Shown: piece after piece, positions 18,262 to 28,600 of the stretch
Position numbering within the stretch: the first letter of the stretch is position 1
Layout: every line of letters begins with the position of its first letter
Assembly (NCBI GenBank): GCA_045541795.1
Contig: JAZQJV010000018.1
Coordinates: 37,857 to 101,856 of the forward strand
Length of the DNA: 64,000 nt
Source of the DNA: Patescibacteria group bacterium
GTDB taxonomy: Bacteria; Patescibacteriota; Microgenomatia; UBA1400; PJMF01
Reading direction: 5' to 3'
Made by a program: the position numbers and the translations under genes
Notes under the pieces: generated by a model
Database searches by the model: none
Seen by the model: the letters and a program-made list of their open reading frames with translations, nothing else
Told to the model about the DNA's origin: nothing

Positions 18262-19590
18262 ATGCAAAAAAAAGATACAAAAAAACAACCATTTATTAAG
18301 AAGCTCGGCGATAGTGCCTTGGAATGGATCAAAAAGTCACCCATGCTCGTCTTCCTGGCGGCTGTGGTAGTTCTCTTTGTTTTGATTGGCGTCTCCCAAA
18401 GCCAATCTCAGCCAGAAACGCCAGCCAGCGATGATTTTGTCAAGACCACTTTTGTAGAACTTTATCAACCAGGTCAGGCCTACCTCACCACCCAAGCCAA
18501 AGTTACGGATAAAGGCGTGGTCACGGTGGTGGCGCAAACTGCCGGCGTGGTGCAGCGCGTCAGCGTCACCGAAGGTCAGACTGTCCGCCGCGGCCAGCAG
18601 CTCGCCTCACTCTCGAGTAATTACCAAGGAGCGAATGCCTCTGCTCTCCAGCTCGAGCTTGCCAAGAAAAATTGGCTCATGACTCATGCCAACTTCTGGG
18701 ACCAGGAAAAAGTCGACGGTATCAATTACGAACTCAATCAAAACACTGCCTGGATGACCAGATGGCAGACCAATGGCGGCTCTGGTTCTATGGGTAACGG
18801 TGATGCTTACACCTCTTACAAGGGCTTGCAAAACCAAGAACTCCTGGACATCAGCGAGGCCATGACTCAGCGTGGTCAGCAACTCAGCCTCGATCAAGCA
18901 GAAAATAATTACTTTTCGGCACAGATTGCCGCCAGCCTCATGTATCCCGCCACCCCGGTAGCTGGCAGTGTGGAAAAAGTCAACGTCAAAGTCGGTGATC
19001 TGGTGACTGGCGGTCAGACAATCGCGATCATCAAGTCAGACAGCGGCAACGTCAAGATGGAATTATCCGTCCCGGAAAATGTGATCCGCAATTTATCACT
19101 GACAGCGCCTGCTTGGTTTATGGTGGACGGCCAAAGACAAAAAGTTTATCTGGATTTCTTGCCCACCACTCCCACCACCGGTAACAGTTATTACCTGACG
19201 ATGACCCTCAGTGATGAACAAGCTGATCTGGTGGCCAACGGCAGCTATGTGGACATCAATCTCCCCTTGGATACCAAGCAGGGTGAACGGCTCCTGCTGC
19301 CGCTCAATAGCGTCTACCAGACTCAGACTGCATCCTATGTTTATGTAGTCGGCTTTGATGACAATGGTCAACCGGTGGCCCGCCAAAAGCAGGTAGTTTT
19401 AGGCCCGGTGGTCGGCACTCAAGTAACCATAGAAAGCGGCCTGGAAGCCACTGATCAAGTTATCCTGTCCAACTCGCTCATGGATGGCGAACACATCACC
19501 TATACGATAGAACAGCACTCGGCAGAGGCGACGTATCCTATTCTCACCTTGCCCACTTCTACCATGAGCGCAGTATTATTTGTGGAGTAA
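18262..19590 (+). CDS. RND efflux membrane-fusion (adaptor) subunit
   Basis: N-terminal TM; lipoyl-like halves (VSVTEGQTVRRGQQL, VNVKVGDLVTGGQ); C-terminal IESGL..DQVI. Confidence 0.85.
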   Translation: MQKKDTKKQPFIKKLGDSALEWIKKSPMLVFLAAVVVLFVLIGVSQSQSQPETPASDDFVKTTFVELYQPGQAYLTTQAKVTDKGVVTVVAQTAGVVQRVSVTEGQTVRRGQQLASLSSNYQGANASALQLELAKKNWLMTHANFWDQEKVDGINYELNQNTAWMTRWQTNGGSGSMGNGDAYTSYKGLQNQELLDISEAMTQRGQQLSLDQAENNYFSAQIAASLMYPATPVAGSVEKVNVKVGDLVTGGQTIAIIKSDSGNVKMELSVPENVIRNLSLTAPAWFMVDGQRQKVYLDFLPTTPTTGNSYYLTMTLSDEQADLVANGSYVDINLPLDTKQGERLLLPLNSVYQTQTASYVYVVGFDDNGQPVARQKQVVLGPVVGTQVTIESGLEATDQVILSNSLMDGEHITYTIEQHSAEATYPILTLPTSTMSAVLFVE

Positions 19591-19593
19591 GAC

Positions 19594-22500
19594 ATGAAAA
19601 AAAACGGCATTGCTGGTTATCTAAGTAATTTACGCCTCGTTTTTTTCGCCTACGCGGTGGTGATTATCGTGGGTGTCTACGCCTGGATGACCCTTCCCCG
19701 TGAAGAAATGCCTTCGATCAATATCCCGGTTACCTTGGTTTCCACCGTTTTGCCTGGTGCTAGCCCTCAGGATGTAGAGCAGCTACTCACCAGACCGATT
19801 GAGGACAAAATCCGTGGTGTGAGTGGGATTGATTACGTCCGTTCCACCAGTATGGAAAACGCTTCCATCGTCATCATCATGTTTAAAGATGACGCCGGTG
19901 ACCCGGATGAGTTGACCCGCAAAGTCAAGGAAAAAGTAGACAGTGTAGATTTACCAGATAATGCCAATACGCCTACCGTCATGAAGATGGATTTTGATGA
20001 GCTACCAGTCTGGACGTTTGCGATCAGCGGCGAGGATAAAGTTGGTCTGCGCCGCCTGGCAGAAAAGCTAGAAAAGCAACTAGAACGGCAAGCCACCATC
20101 GACCGCGTGGAAATTACCGGTATCCAAGAACGTGAAGTCGTCGTCCATATGGATCAAGCCGACATCACAAAATACGGCGTCAATCCTGCTGTTTTGGCCA
20201 GCAACCTGGCTGCAGCGACCACTAATGTCCCCGCTGGCAGCATCAACTTAGGTGATTATTCGTACTCAGTCTCTCTGGCAAAAGAAGTCAGCGATATTGA
20301 CAGCCTGCGGGCAATGACAGTCATCCTTAATGGTGTGGAGTATCACCTGAGCGACATTGCTCACGTTTATGAGCAAGAAAAGCCTGGTAATACTAACTCC
20401 TACCAGCTGCGTGACGGTGAAGTCAAGCAGGTCATCACTCTCAATGTCTATAAGACAGCCGGCTCGGATATTGAAGCCAACGCTAGACTGGCCAGACAAG
20501 TGGCAGAAGACGTCATGAGCGATTATCCTCAATTCGAGTTGACTAATATTACCGATGTAGCGCAGGAAATCGATGACACATTTGATCGGCTCTACAACAA
20601 CATCTACGCCACTATTGCCTTGGTTTTCGTGGTGATGTTTGTCTTCCTGGGCATCCGTGAAGCCGCGATTTCTGCTATCAGTATTCCTTTGGTGATGCTG
20701 GTAACTTTTGCAGGGATTATGTTCTCTGGCATGACACTCAATTTCATCACTCTTTTTGGTCTGCTGATCGCTTTAGGTATGTTGGTGGATAACGCGATCG
20801 TGGTCACGACTGCCTTGAGCCGCAGCTATTTTGAGCGGCGCGAACAAGGCATTACCGCTTTACAGGCTGGCGTCGATGTCTGGAAAGAATTTTTTGTCGC
20901 ACTCATCTCTACCAACCTCACTACGATCTGGGCATTTTTGCCGCTGTTGATTATGACTGGAGTGATGGGGCAAATGGTAGCTCCGGTAGGCATCGTGGTG
21001 ACAGTCGCCATGCTGGCGTCTGCCATGGTGGCTTTCCTGTTGTCACTGCCTCTGGGTATTTATATCCTTGAACCATATCTACCAGTGCGCGTCCAAAAAT
21101 TACTGGTAGCTTTGGTAATGTTGACGGTCGCCGGTCTGGAAATTTATTTCCTGCCCAAAAACTGGACGCTCCTTCTCATTATCCCCGTGACGTGGTTACT
21201 CATGATAGTCCTGGCAAGCTTGGTCATGCGCTTGATCCGCTCACACCAACAAAAAAAGCCGCAAAACGCCAAGAGGAACTTCTTAGTACGCATCGTCCAA
21301 GACGGTTTTGTCAGTACCACCTGGCTAGAACAAGGATATCAAAAAATCATTGCTGCGATCTTGCAAACGCGTTCTAGCATGATTACTACTATTGTCTGCA
21401 TCGTTATTATTACCATTGTTTCTTTCTCTATGCCACTGCTCGGCTGGGTACACTCAGAATTCTTCCCCAAGGAAGAAGCTGACTCATTCCAGGCTACCTG
21501 GACTCTGCCTACCGGCACCAATAGTGACGAAGCTGATCGGGTGGCACGCGAGCTTTTACCTCAGCTAGCCGAAGGCGTGCCTGATCTGGAATACATCACA
21601 GCAGAAGTCGGCCGCACTACCGCTAGCAGTATTGCAAGTGGCGGCAATAGCAATAAGATCCTTTTCACCTTTAACCTCATCCCGGAGAAAAAACGTCATT
21701 CAAGCTCCATCCAGACGGCTGCTGATTTCCGCGCTCGCTGGAAAAATAATGCATACGGCACTGTGGACGTCAGCGAAGTCAGTACCGTGTCTACTGGTGG
21801 CAGCGACCTCTCTATGTACATCGTCGGTGATGATCTCAATGTCTTGGCTGCCAAAGCTCAAGAAATGGAAGCATGGTTGGCAGCGCAGCCGGGTGTAGTA
21901 GACATCAAATCTGATCTTGACTCCACTAGTAAGAGATTGGTGTTTTATCCGCACGCGGAGCTTTCTGCCGAATACGGCTTGTCCAATACCAGCCTTGCTG
22001 TGTTGCTGCGTAGCGCTCTAAGCGGCTGGACGCTCGGCACTCTCAAACTCAATGAAAATGATGACAAAGATACGGACATCGTTTTGCGCCAGCAGACTGG
22101 TATCCCAGATATGACTAATCTGGATAACATCCAAGTGCCGATTTCTGGTGTGGGCTATGTCCCGCTGGAAAGCTTGGGTGAGGTCCGCGTCGAGCCTAGT
22201 TTAGCCTCCATTTACCGCTATGATTACCAACATGCCGTGCAGGTCAACGCCAGTGTCATGAACGGGTATTCATCTACAGAAATTAATCAAGCCTTTGAAC
22301 ATTTTGTAGATACCGAACTCAACCTACCTCAAGGTTATTCCCGCAAGGTGGCCGGCACTCAGGACGTCAATAACAAAGCCTTAGTTGATTTGTCTAAAGC
22401 CATGGTCGTAGCGTTTGCCTTGATTTTGATCACCTTGGTCATCCAATTGCGCTCCTTCCGCAAAGCCTTCATCGTCATGAGTGTGATCCCGGTGGCTATT

Positions 22501-22926
22501 TCTGGCGTCTTCATTAACTTTGCTTTGCTCGGCTGGTCACTCAACTTGCCGGCCATTATCGGTATCCTGTCTTTGTTTGGGATCGTGGTCAATAACTCTA
22601 TCCTCATCATTGAGCGGATCAACCAAAACCTAGACGAAAAAATGCCGTTCCAGCAGGCCGTGATTGAAGGCTGCGTCAGCCGTCTCCAGCCGATCTTGCT
22701 CACTTCACTGACCACCATCATCGGCCTTTTGCCGATCACGCTTTCCGATCCTCTCTGGCAGGGTTTAGGCGGTACGATCATTTGTGGTTTGACGTTCTCT
22801 GGTATCTTGCTGCTGTTCTTCATCCCGGCCTTGTTTGTACTCATGTTTGAGCCCAAGCATCGCGGCGACACTGACGCGCAGTGGTATGCACTACTGGATC
22901 AACTCTCACAAAAGCAAGAAGACTAA
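19594..22926 (+). CDS. RND efflux permease (AcrB/SwrC family)
   Basis: LPREEMP, GASPQDVE, GMLVDNAIVV, GIVVNNSI and RLQPILLTSLTT motifs. Confidence 0.93.
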   Translation: MKKNGIAGYLSNLRLVFFAYAVVIIVGVYAWMTLPREEMPSINIPVTLVSTVLPGASPQDVEQLLTRPIEDKIRGVSGIDYVRSTSMENASIVIIMFKDDAGDPDELTRKVKEKVDSVDLPDNANTPTVMKMDFDELPVWTFAISGEDKVGLRRLAEKLEKQLERQATIDRVEITGIQEREVVVHMDQADITKYGVNPAVLASNLAAATTNVPAGSINLGDYSYSVSLAKEVSDIDSLRAMTVILNGVEYHLSDIAHVYEQEKPGNTNSYQLRDGEVKQVITLNVYKTAGSDIEANARLARQVAEDVMSDYPQFELTNITDVAQEIDDTFDRLYNNIYATIALVFVVMFVFLGIREAAISAISIPLVMLVTFAGIMFSGMTLNFITLFGLLIALGMLVDNAIVVTTALSRSYFERREQGITALQAGVDVWKEFFVALISTNLTTIWAFLPLLIMTGVMGQMVAPVGIVVTVAMLASAMVAFLLSLPLGIYILEPYLPVRVQKLLVALVMLTVAGLEIYFLPKNWTLLLIIPVTWLLMIVLASLVMRLIRSHQQKKPQNAKRNFLVRIVQDGFVSTTWLEQGYQKIIAAILQTRSSMITTIVCIVIITIVSFSMPLLGWVHSEFFPKEEADSFQATWTLPTGTNSDEADRVARELLPQLAEGVPDLEYITAEVGRTTASSIASGGNSNKILFTFNLIPEKKRHSSSIQTAADFRARWKNNAYGTVDVSEVSTVSTGGSDLSMYIVGDDLNVLAAKAQEMEAWLAAQPGVVDIKSDLDSTSKRLVFYPHAELSAEYGLSNTSLAVLLRSALSGWTLGTLKLNENDDKDTDIVLRQQTGIPDMTNLDNIQVPISGVGYVPLESLGEVRVEPSLASIYRYDYQHAVQVNASVMNGYSSTEINQAFEHFVDTELNLPQGYSRKVAGTQDVNNKALVDLSKAMVVAFALILITLVIQLRSFRKAFIVMSVIPVAISGVFINFALLGWSLNLPAIIGILSLFGIVVNNSILIIERINQNLDEKMPFQQAVIEGCVSRLQPILLTSLTTIIGLLPITLSDPLWQGLGGTIICGLTFSGILLLFFIPALFVLMFEPKHRGDTDAQWYALLDQLSQKQED

Positions 22927-23879
22927 ATAAAGCGGCTGAAAAACCGTCTCCAGCGCCAATATAGTTTGGTCATGCCGGCTGACTGGCGTACCAGCAGATC
23001 TGCCCACCAGTAACGAGCCTCATATAAAAACTGCCGGCGCAAAGATTTCAGTTCTTGGCGAGTCAAAACACCGGGCGGGAAACCTTTGGCCTCCCAGGTC
23101 TTCACACTGCTCACCAGCTCATAAGCCGATTGTAGCAAGCTCAAACTCACACCGTGTGTGCCCTCCAACATTCCTTCATCACGAAAACCGCGCCGCCATA
23201 ACTCGTCAAAAAAACTTTGCCAAATTACTGCCGGACTTAGGCCTTTGGCACTACAAGTTTTTGCTTTTTCCTGGGCGGCGGCAGTAGTATATTTATCCAG
23301 CCGGCGCAAAAACTGCGAGACAGTCTGGTAATTATGATGGATGACGGCCAGCTGTCGGTCTTGATACGGCAAATACGCCGTTGTCCCTTTCACAATTGGC
23401 TGCGAATGCACGCCGGAGCGCCAGGTGATTTTTCCTGCTCGCCAGAGACGAAGCTGATAATCCGGATACCAGCCCGTCTGCTCAAAAAAATGACCAAAAA
23501 TCTCATTATTTCTGGGTAAATAGTAAATGTCTGCCTGAGGCAGTTGCGGACACGCGCTCACTTTTTTGCCGTCGACAATCTCACGGATACTGCGCGAAAG
23601 TGTGCTTGGCAAACATTCATCCGAGTCCAGGATCAGTAGCCACTCACCAGTCGCCCGCTCAAAAGCAAACTCACGTGCCGGATCAGCATAGCCGACCTCC
23701 GGATCAGGGTACTGATAAATCTTGACTTGGTCAAATTTCTCCGCAATTATCAATGTCTCATCACTACTGGCCATGTCCACCAGCACGATCTCATCGGCGA
23801 TCGCCGCTACGCTTTCCAGGGCAGCTTCTAAGTAAGCAGCACTGTTTTTGGTATTGACGATCACCGATAATCGCGCCAT
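22923..23879 (-). CDS. Glycosyltransferase family 2 (beta-1,4-glucosyltransferase-like)
   Basis: LSVIVNTKN, VDMASSD, ILDSDE and WYPDYQLRL motifs. Confidence 0.88.
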   Translation of the reverse strand: MARLSVIVNTKNSAAYLEAALESVAAIADEIVLVDMASSDETLIIAEKFDQVKIYQYPDPEVGYADPAREFAFERATGEWLLILDSDECLPSTLSRSIREIVDGKKVSACPQLPQADIYYLPRNNEIFGHFFEQTGWYPDYQLRLWRAGKITWRSGVHSQPIVKGTTAYLPYQDRQLAVIHHNYQTVSQFLRRLDKYTTAAAQEKAKTCSAKGLSPAVIWQSFFDELWRRGFRDEGMLEGTHGVSLSLLQSAYELVSSVKTWEAKGFPPGVLTRQELKSLRRQFLYEARYWWADLLVRQSAGMTKLYWRWRRFFSRFI

Positions 23880-23900
23880 AGATAAAAATTCCTCAAATTA

Positions 23901-24368
23901 TCACTTTTTGGCCTTTACACGGGCATTAATGCTAAACTCCCACTGATCGCCATCGGAAGTATCAAAACTCGTAGAGCCCGTCAATTGGTGATAATTGACC
24001 AGGTGACTAGAAAGCGTTTCTTCGATCTCCTTTTTATTTTGTGAGATCTCCGCAATTTCTAGTTTGAGGTTGACGATCTCCGGCTTATTGAGGGCCTGTG
24101 ACTTTTTTTGTTTGATTTCGTCATTAAGCGCTTTCGCTTTAGTCTGCGCTTCGGCGATTTCACTATCATTTTCCAGCGCACTTTTGAGCATTTCTCGTTT
24201 TTCTTTGAGCGTCTTGCTGACTGTGAGCAGCTCATTGGCATTGCGCTCGATCACGCCCTGCAAAGCCGAAAGCGTTTCCGCAATTTTATCAGACGCGGCG
24301 GCTTCATCGACGTCATTATTTACTGACGCTAGGGCTTGATTTGCTAGGTCTTCTCCTGTTTGTGCCAT
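23901..24368 (-). CDS. Coiled-coil hypothetical protein
   Basis: 155 aa, heptad-rich, strong SD (AAGGAGG). Confidence 0.75.
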   Translation of the reverse strand: MAQTGEDLANQALASVNNDVDEAAASDKIAETLSALQGVIERNANELLTVSKTLKEKREMLKSALENDSEIAEAQTKAKALNDEIKQKKSQALNKPEIVNLKLEIAEISQNKKEIEETLSSHLVNYHQLTGSTSFDTSDGDQWEFSINARVKAKK

Positions 24369-24382
24369 TTGTCCTCCTTACT

Positions 24383-25420
24383 TTAATATTTTATTGCTTG
24401 TTCTACCAACCGATTACAATAACCCCACTCGTTATCATACCAGGCTACCACCCGCACTAGATTACCGCCAATCACGTTTGTCAGTGACAAATCTACCACT
24501 GATGAGTAATTAAGACCGATAATATCACTACTCACGATCGGGTCATTGGTCACCTTGACGATACGCCGATACTCATCCTGCGCGGCGGCAGTAGTGAGGG
24601 CTTGATTAACCTCGTCAATCGTCACGTCCTTACGGCTGACAAATACAATATCAGACAAACTGCCAGTCCGCACCGGTACCCGGATCGCGACTCCATCAAA
24701 TTTACCGGCCACAGCGGGATAAATTGCGCCCACGGCCTTTGCAGCGCCGGTGGTGGTGGGGACGATATTCATCGCCGCTGAGCGCGCCCGGCGCAGATCT
24801 TTGTGTGAGTTATCCTGGATATTTTGATCATCAGTATAGGCATGGATGGTATTGAGGAACGCCTTGTCTATGCCAAAAGCCTCATTAAGGATTTTAATAA
24901 TCGGGCCGACACAATTGGTAGTGCAAGATGCATTGGAGACGACAGTACTGGCCGGATCAAAGTCCTTCACGCTGATCACAGACATATCCACACCGTCACC
25001 TTTGGCTGGCGCGGAAATGATTACCCGTTTGGCGCCGCCCTGCAAGTGCAGTTCTGCTTTTTCCTTACTGGTAAAAGCACCAGTGGACTCAATCACTGTC
25101 TCCACACCGTACTTACTCCAGGGGATCAGCGCAGGGTCACGCCCAGCACTCACCGGGATCCGGACATCGTCTATCAGAATGTAACCAATCAAAGGATTTT
25201 CTGGTGTCGCCTGCTTAGCCGGTTGGAGTTTTTCAAAGCTCACTTCTTGGTGGAGTGGGCCGTAATTGCTATCGTATTTGAGTAAGTGTACCCAACCTTC
25301 AATATCCATGGAACCGGAAGTGTTAATCAAACCAATTGTCGCCGGCTTGCCTTTCGCCAGCCACACTCGCCACGCCGTGCGGCCGATACGTCCAAAACCA
25401 TTAATACCAATTGTCGCCAT
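24383..25420 (-). CDS. gap: Type I glyceraldehyde-3-phosphate dehydrogenase
   Basis: GINGFGRIGR, SNASCTTNC, PTTTGAAKAV and WYDNEWGY motifs. Confidence 0.97.
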   Translation of the reverse strand: MATIGINGFGRIGRTAWRVWLAKGKPATIGLINTSGSMDIEGWVHLLKYDSNYGPLHQEVSFEKLQPAKQATPENPLIGYILIDDVRIPVSAGRDPALIPWSKYGVETVIESTGAFTSKEKAELHLQGGAKRVIISAPAKGDGVDMSVISVKDFDPASTVVSNASCTTNCVGPIIKILNEAFGIDKAFLNTIHAYTDDQNIQDNSHKDLRRARSAAMNIVPTTTGAAKAVGAIYPAVAGKFDGVAIRVPVRTGSLSDIVFVSRKDVTIDEVNQALTTAAAQDEYRRIVKVTNDPIVSSDIIGLNYSSVVDLSLTNVIGGNLVRVVAWYDNEWGYCNRLVEQAIKY

Positions 25421-25522
25421 ACATTCCTTTCACTAATTTATCGCTTTATGCTTATCTATATTGTAACGCAAAAATTCGTACTTTTGACAGCAATTTTGCT
25501 GCAATTTTGATTTCCTAAATTA

Positions 25523-25649
25523 TTAGCACTCTATCATTTAGACTGCTAACGTTTTTAACTACTTTAAAATTTACCTATGTATCAATATAAATTCATTTAT
25601 TGTACACAATAAATACTCAATTTTCTTTTTCATTTTTACCGTATAACTG
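25523..25649 (-). repeat. Dispersed element, copy E (one 21-bp unit, core palindrome, near-consensus CIRCE)
   Basis: TTAGCACTC-N9-GACTGCTAA at 25523-25549 (one mismatch to CIRCE); core at 25595-25620; the TTACCGTATAACTG unit overlaps the alpha-2-macroglobulin stop codon. Confidence 0.9.
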
Positions 25650-28600
25650 GTTGGGTCTCGCCGCCGCTGACTTCATCACCATCTGCCGCCACTTTTTGCG
25701 CCGTCTCTACCACTTCTTCTTGTCTCGTCATCACTTCTGGCGTAATGACGGGAGGTGGGGTCGGCGGTCGGCGGTTTTTGCGGATGATCGTGACTATGCC
25801 GGCTATGATTGCTACAGTTGCTAAAGCGAGTAAGATCCACGCATTAGTGCTGCCCTCGGGCTTGCTGATTAGTGTTTCTTGCTCGTCAGCGTAAGTCTCA
25901 TCAGCCTTGCTGATCCATGCCGGCTGCTTATCTAAGATTTGGATTTTATCCGTCATGGCTGTCTGCGCTACAAAGTCAGCATCATACATCGAACCGACAC
26001 GGGTCGGCGGTGCGCTTACTGTTTGTGCCAAATTTGTTAATACCGCTTGGTAAGAGACAATCGTCATTCCTCGTTTGACTTCATACAAAGTACCATTAAA
26101 GCCAGTGAAATTAAACGTCCGATTGGCCCAGACATTGTTTTCCCGCAAAAGTGGGCGCAAATTGCTGGGCAGATAATCATCAATATTGACGAAATATTGT
26201 GTCTGGCCTTTATTCTCAATCCCCAAGTATACCGTCACGATGTCGCCGGCTTTGATGTCCTCGCCAGTTTTTTCGGCGCGCACGTAGGCCTTGTAAATAT
26301 TGAGCTTCTTGTTTTCCCGCGGGGAATTGGTGCTGGTACGCCACTGATCGACACTGACGGTCACGTATATGGGTGCATCAGCGCCGTCATCTGTACGGCG
26401 TACGGTAATGGTATTGACGTCACCTGGTAAGTCAGCTAAGTTGACCGTAAAATGCTTTTCCCGGTCTATGCCAGAATTAAAATCAGCCATACCGATGGTC
26501 TGCTCGCCAGCCAAAATCACATAACTGCCGCCAACATCTTGGGGCGCAGCATACTCATACCATGCCATCAATGCCTCAATTGCTGTCGCGCTTTCGTAAG
26601 TGTTGGCCCAGCCAGCCTCGCGCCGATACCCCAAAAGCTGTGTCACGAGTTTTTCCAACTGTTGTTGATAGCCGCCATATTCTTGGTGATAAGCCAATAC
26701 TGCCTGTATCGTCAGTGCTAGATCTGCCGGTACGCTCCGGTAACGTTGGGCCTCACTACTGGTCAGATCGATGTTGTCATTTTCCATCGCTCGCAGTAAA
26801 CGGGTGACATTATGACTGGCTGCTTCTCGGTCGCCAGCTAAAAGATTAGCTTGCACCATCCACGAAAGCAAATCAACGTCAGTGGTGGCGGCGGCATTCA
26901 TCTGATCGTAATACTGTAAAGCGGCATCAAAGCTGGAAACTGATTTTCCTTCCATGGTCACTGTCTGACTGCGCTCACCCAGCAAAAGCAAACCGTACAC
27001 ACTGGAAATTAAATCAGCACTATTCAAACGTTCGCCAGCCGCTAAGTATTTACCCTGTAAAGTGTCAGCCAAAAACTGTGCGGCTCGAGCTTGCACCGGA
27101 GTTTGGGCTTGCGGCAAATGCTTCACCACGTATGTCGTCCGGAAAGCGCTAGCATCACCGCGAGTTTTATTCCAAAAACCCCAGCCGCCGCTGCTTTGCT
27201 GCAAAGAAGTCAGATTTTTCACGCCCGTCTCAATTAATTGATCAAGATCCACGCCGTCAAAATCTTCACTACTAAAGTAGTCACTATCGTGCGCTGCCAG
27301 GGCCGGCACTAATCTGGAGGTCACTTGCTCCACACAACCGCGCGGATACTCCAGCAAATCCTTCATCGCACTGCGCAGTGATGAGAGTAAATCCGCCGCT
27401 ACGCTGATGCTTACGCTCGAGCGCTCTCGCTCACTGTCGGGAGCAACTCCCAGATCAAATTCGCCCGCATGCAGTGAAAACTGACTCGTTTTCTGACTGT
27501 AGCCAAAAGGAAGAATCTGTAAGGTTTTAACCAGCACATCACCACTGCCTCCACTGCTGACATTACGCACGCCCGTAGTGATTTTGGTCGCTGGCATTTC
27601 ACTGATTGCTTTTACCGGTACGGTGACGTTTTTGGTTTCGCCAGCTGTGAGCGTAAGGCTGGAGGGGAAAGTTTCCAGAGTCTGCAAACCTTCTCCCGCT
27701 TCCCAGACAGGTACAAAGCTTTGCGTGACACCAGTATAATTCGTCACACTAAAACCCAAATGTAAAATGTCGCCCACGCGCATTCTTTCGGGCGCAATTA
27801 CCCGGGAGACTACGTCTTTTTGCGTGACTACTTCCTGTTTGCTTTCGCCTACTACTGTTTCCGGCGTCACGGCCACGCCCGTGAGTGCCCAGGTAGTCAA
27901 GTTATCCGGCATCACAAATTCCGTGCTGGCTTCACCATTGCTGTCGGTAATGATTTTTGGATTCCAGTAAGCGGTATCTTTGAAAACATCGCGCAGTTCA
28001 CTACCATCGCCACCACCGCCCTCGGCGCCAAAAAGCATAATGGATTGTAGTGAGTGGTAAGTACGGATCCAGTGATGACGCTCACTCCAGTAACGGCTAA
28101 AAATATCGCCCCGGTGTGAAGCCGCCAGCTCAAGCAAGGCTTTGTCAATCGTCCACAAAGTGACGCTGGCGCTTAGTGGTTTGCCTGTGTAGGCATTGGT
28201 AGTTTTTATTTTTACTTTTACGCTGTCACCAGGATTGTAAATTTCTTTGTCTGTAGTAATTTCTACGTTAATCTTTTTCAGGTCTCGAGCCATGTCCACG
28301 CCGCTCGTGCTGGAGATGTAATTATTACGGTCAAAAAGTGATACGTCATGGAAAGTGTTTGGCTGATCGGTATCTACTGCCTCGTAAGCGACTTGATCAG
28401 GGCTTTGGTGGAAAGTGCCGATAGAGTAACGATCTAGCCGCTGTCGGCCAAAGTCAGCAAAATACTGCCGACCGACTAAATTCTTGCCTACTTCGTAGCT
28501 GACATTGATTTTTTCACTCGGCACGTGCTTTTTGTCTTTGTCAATCACGATTTTGAGGGCAGAATCAGGGTCACTGCTGACGCCATTGCTACTTCCATCC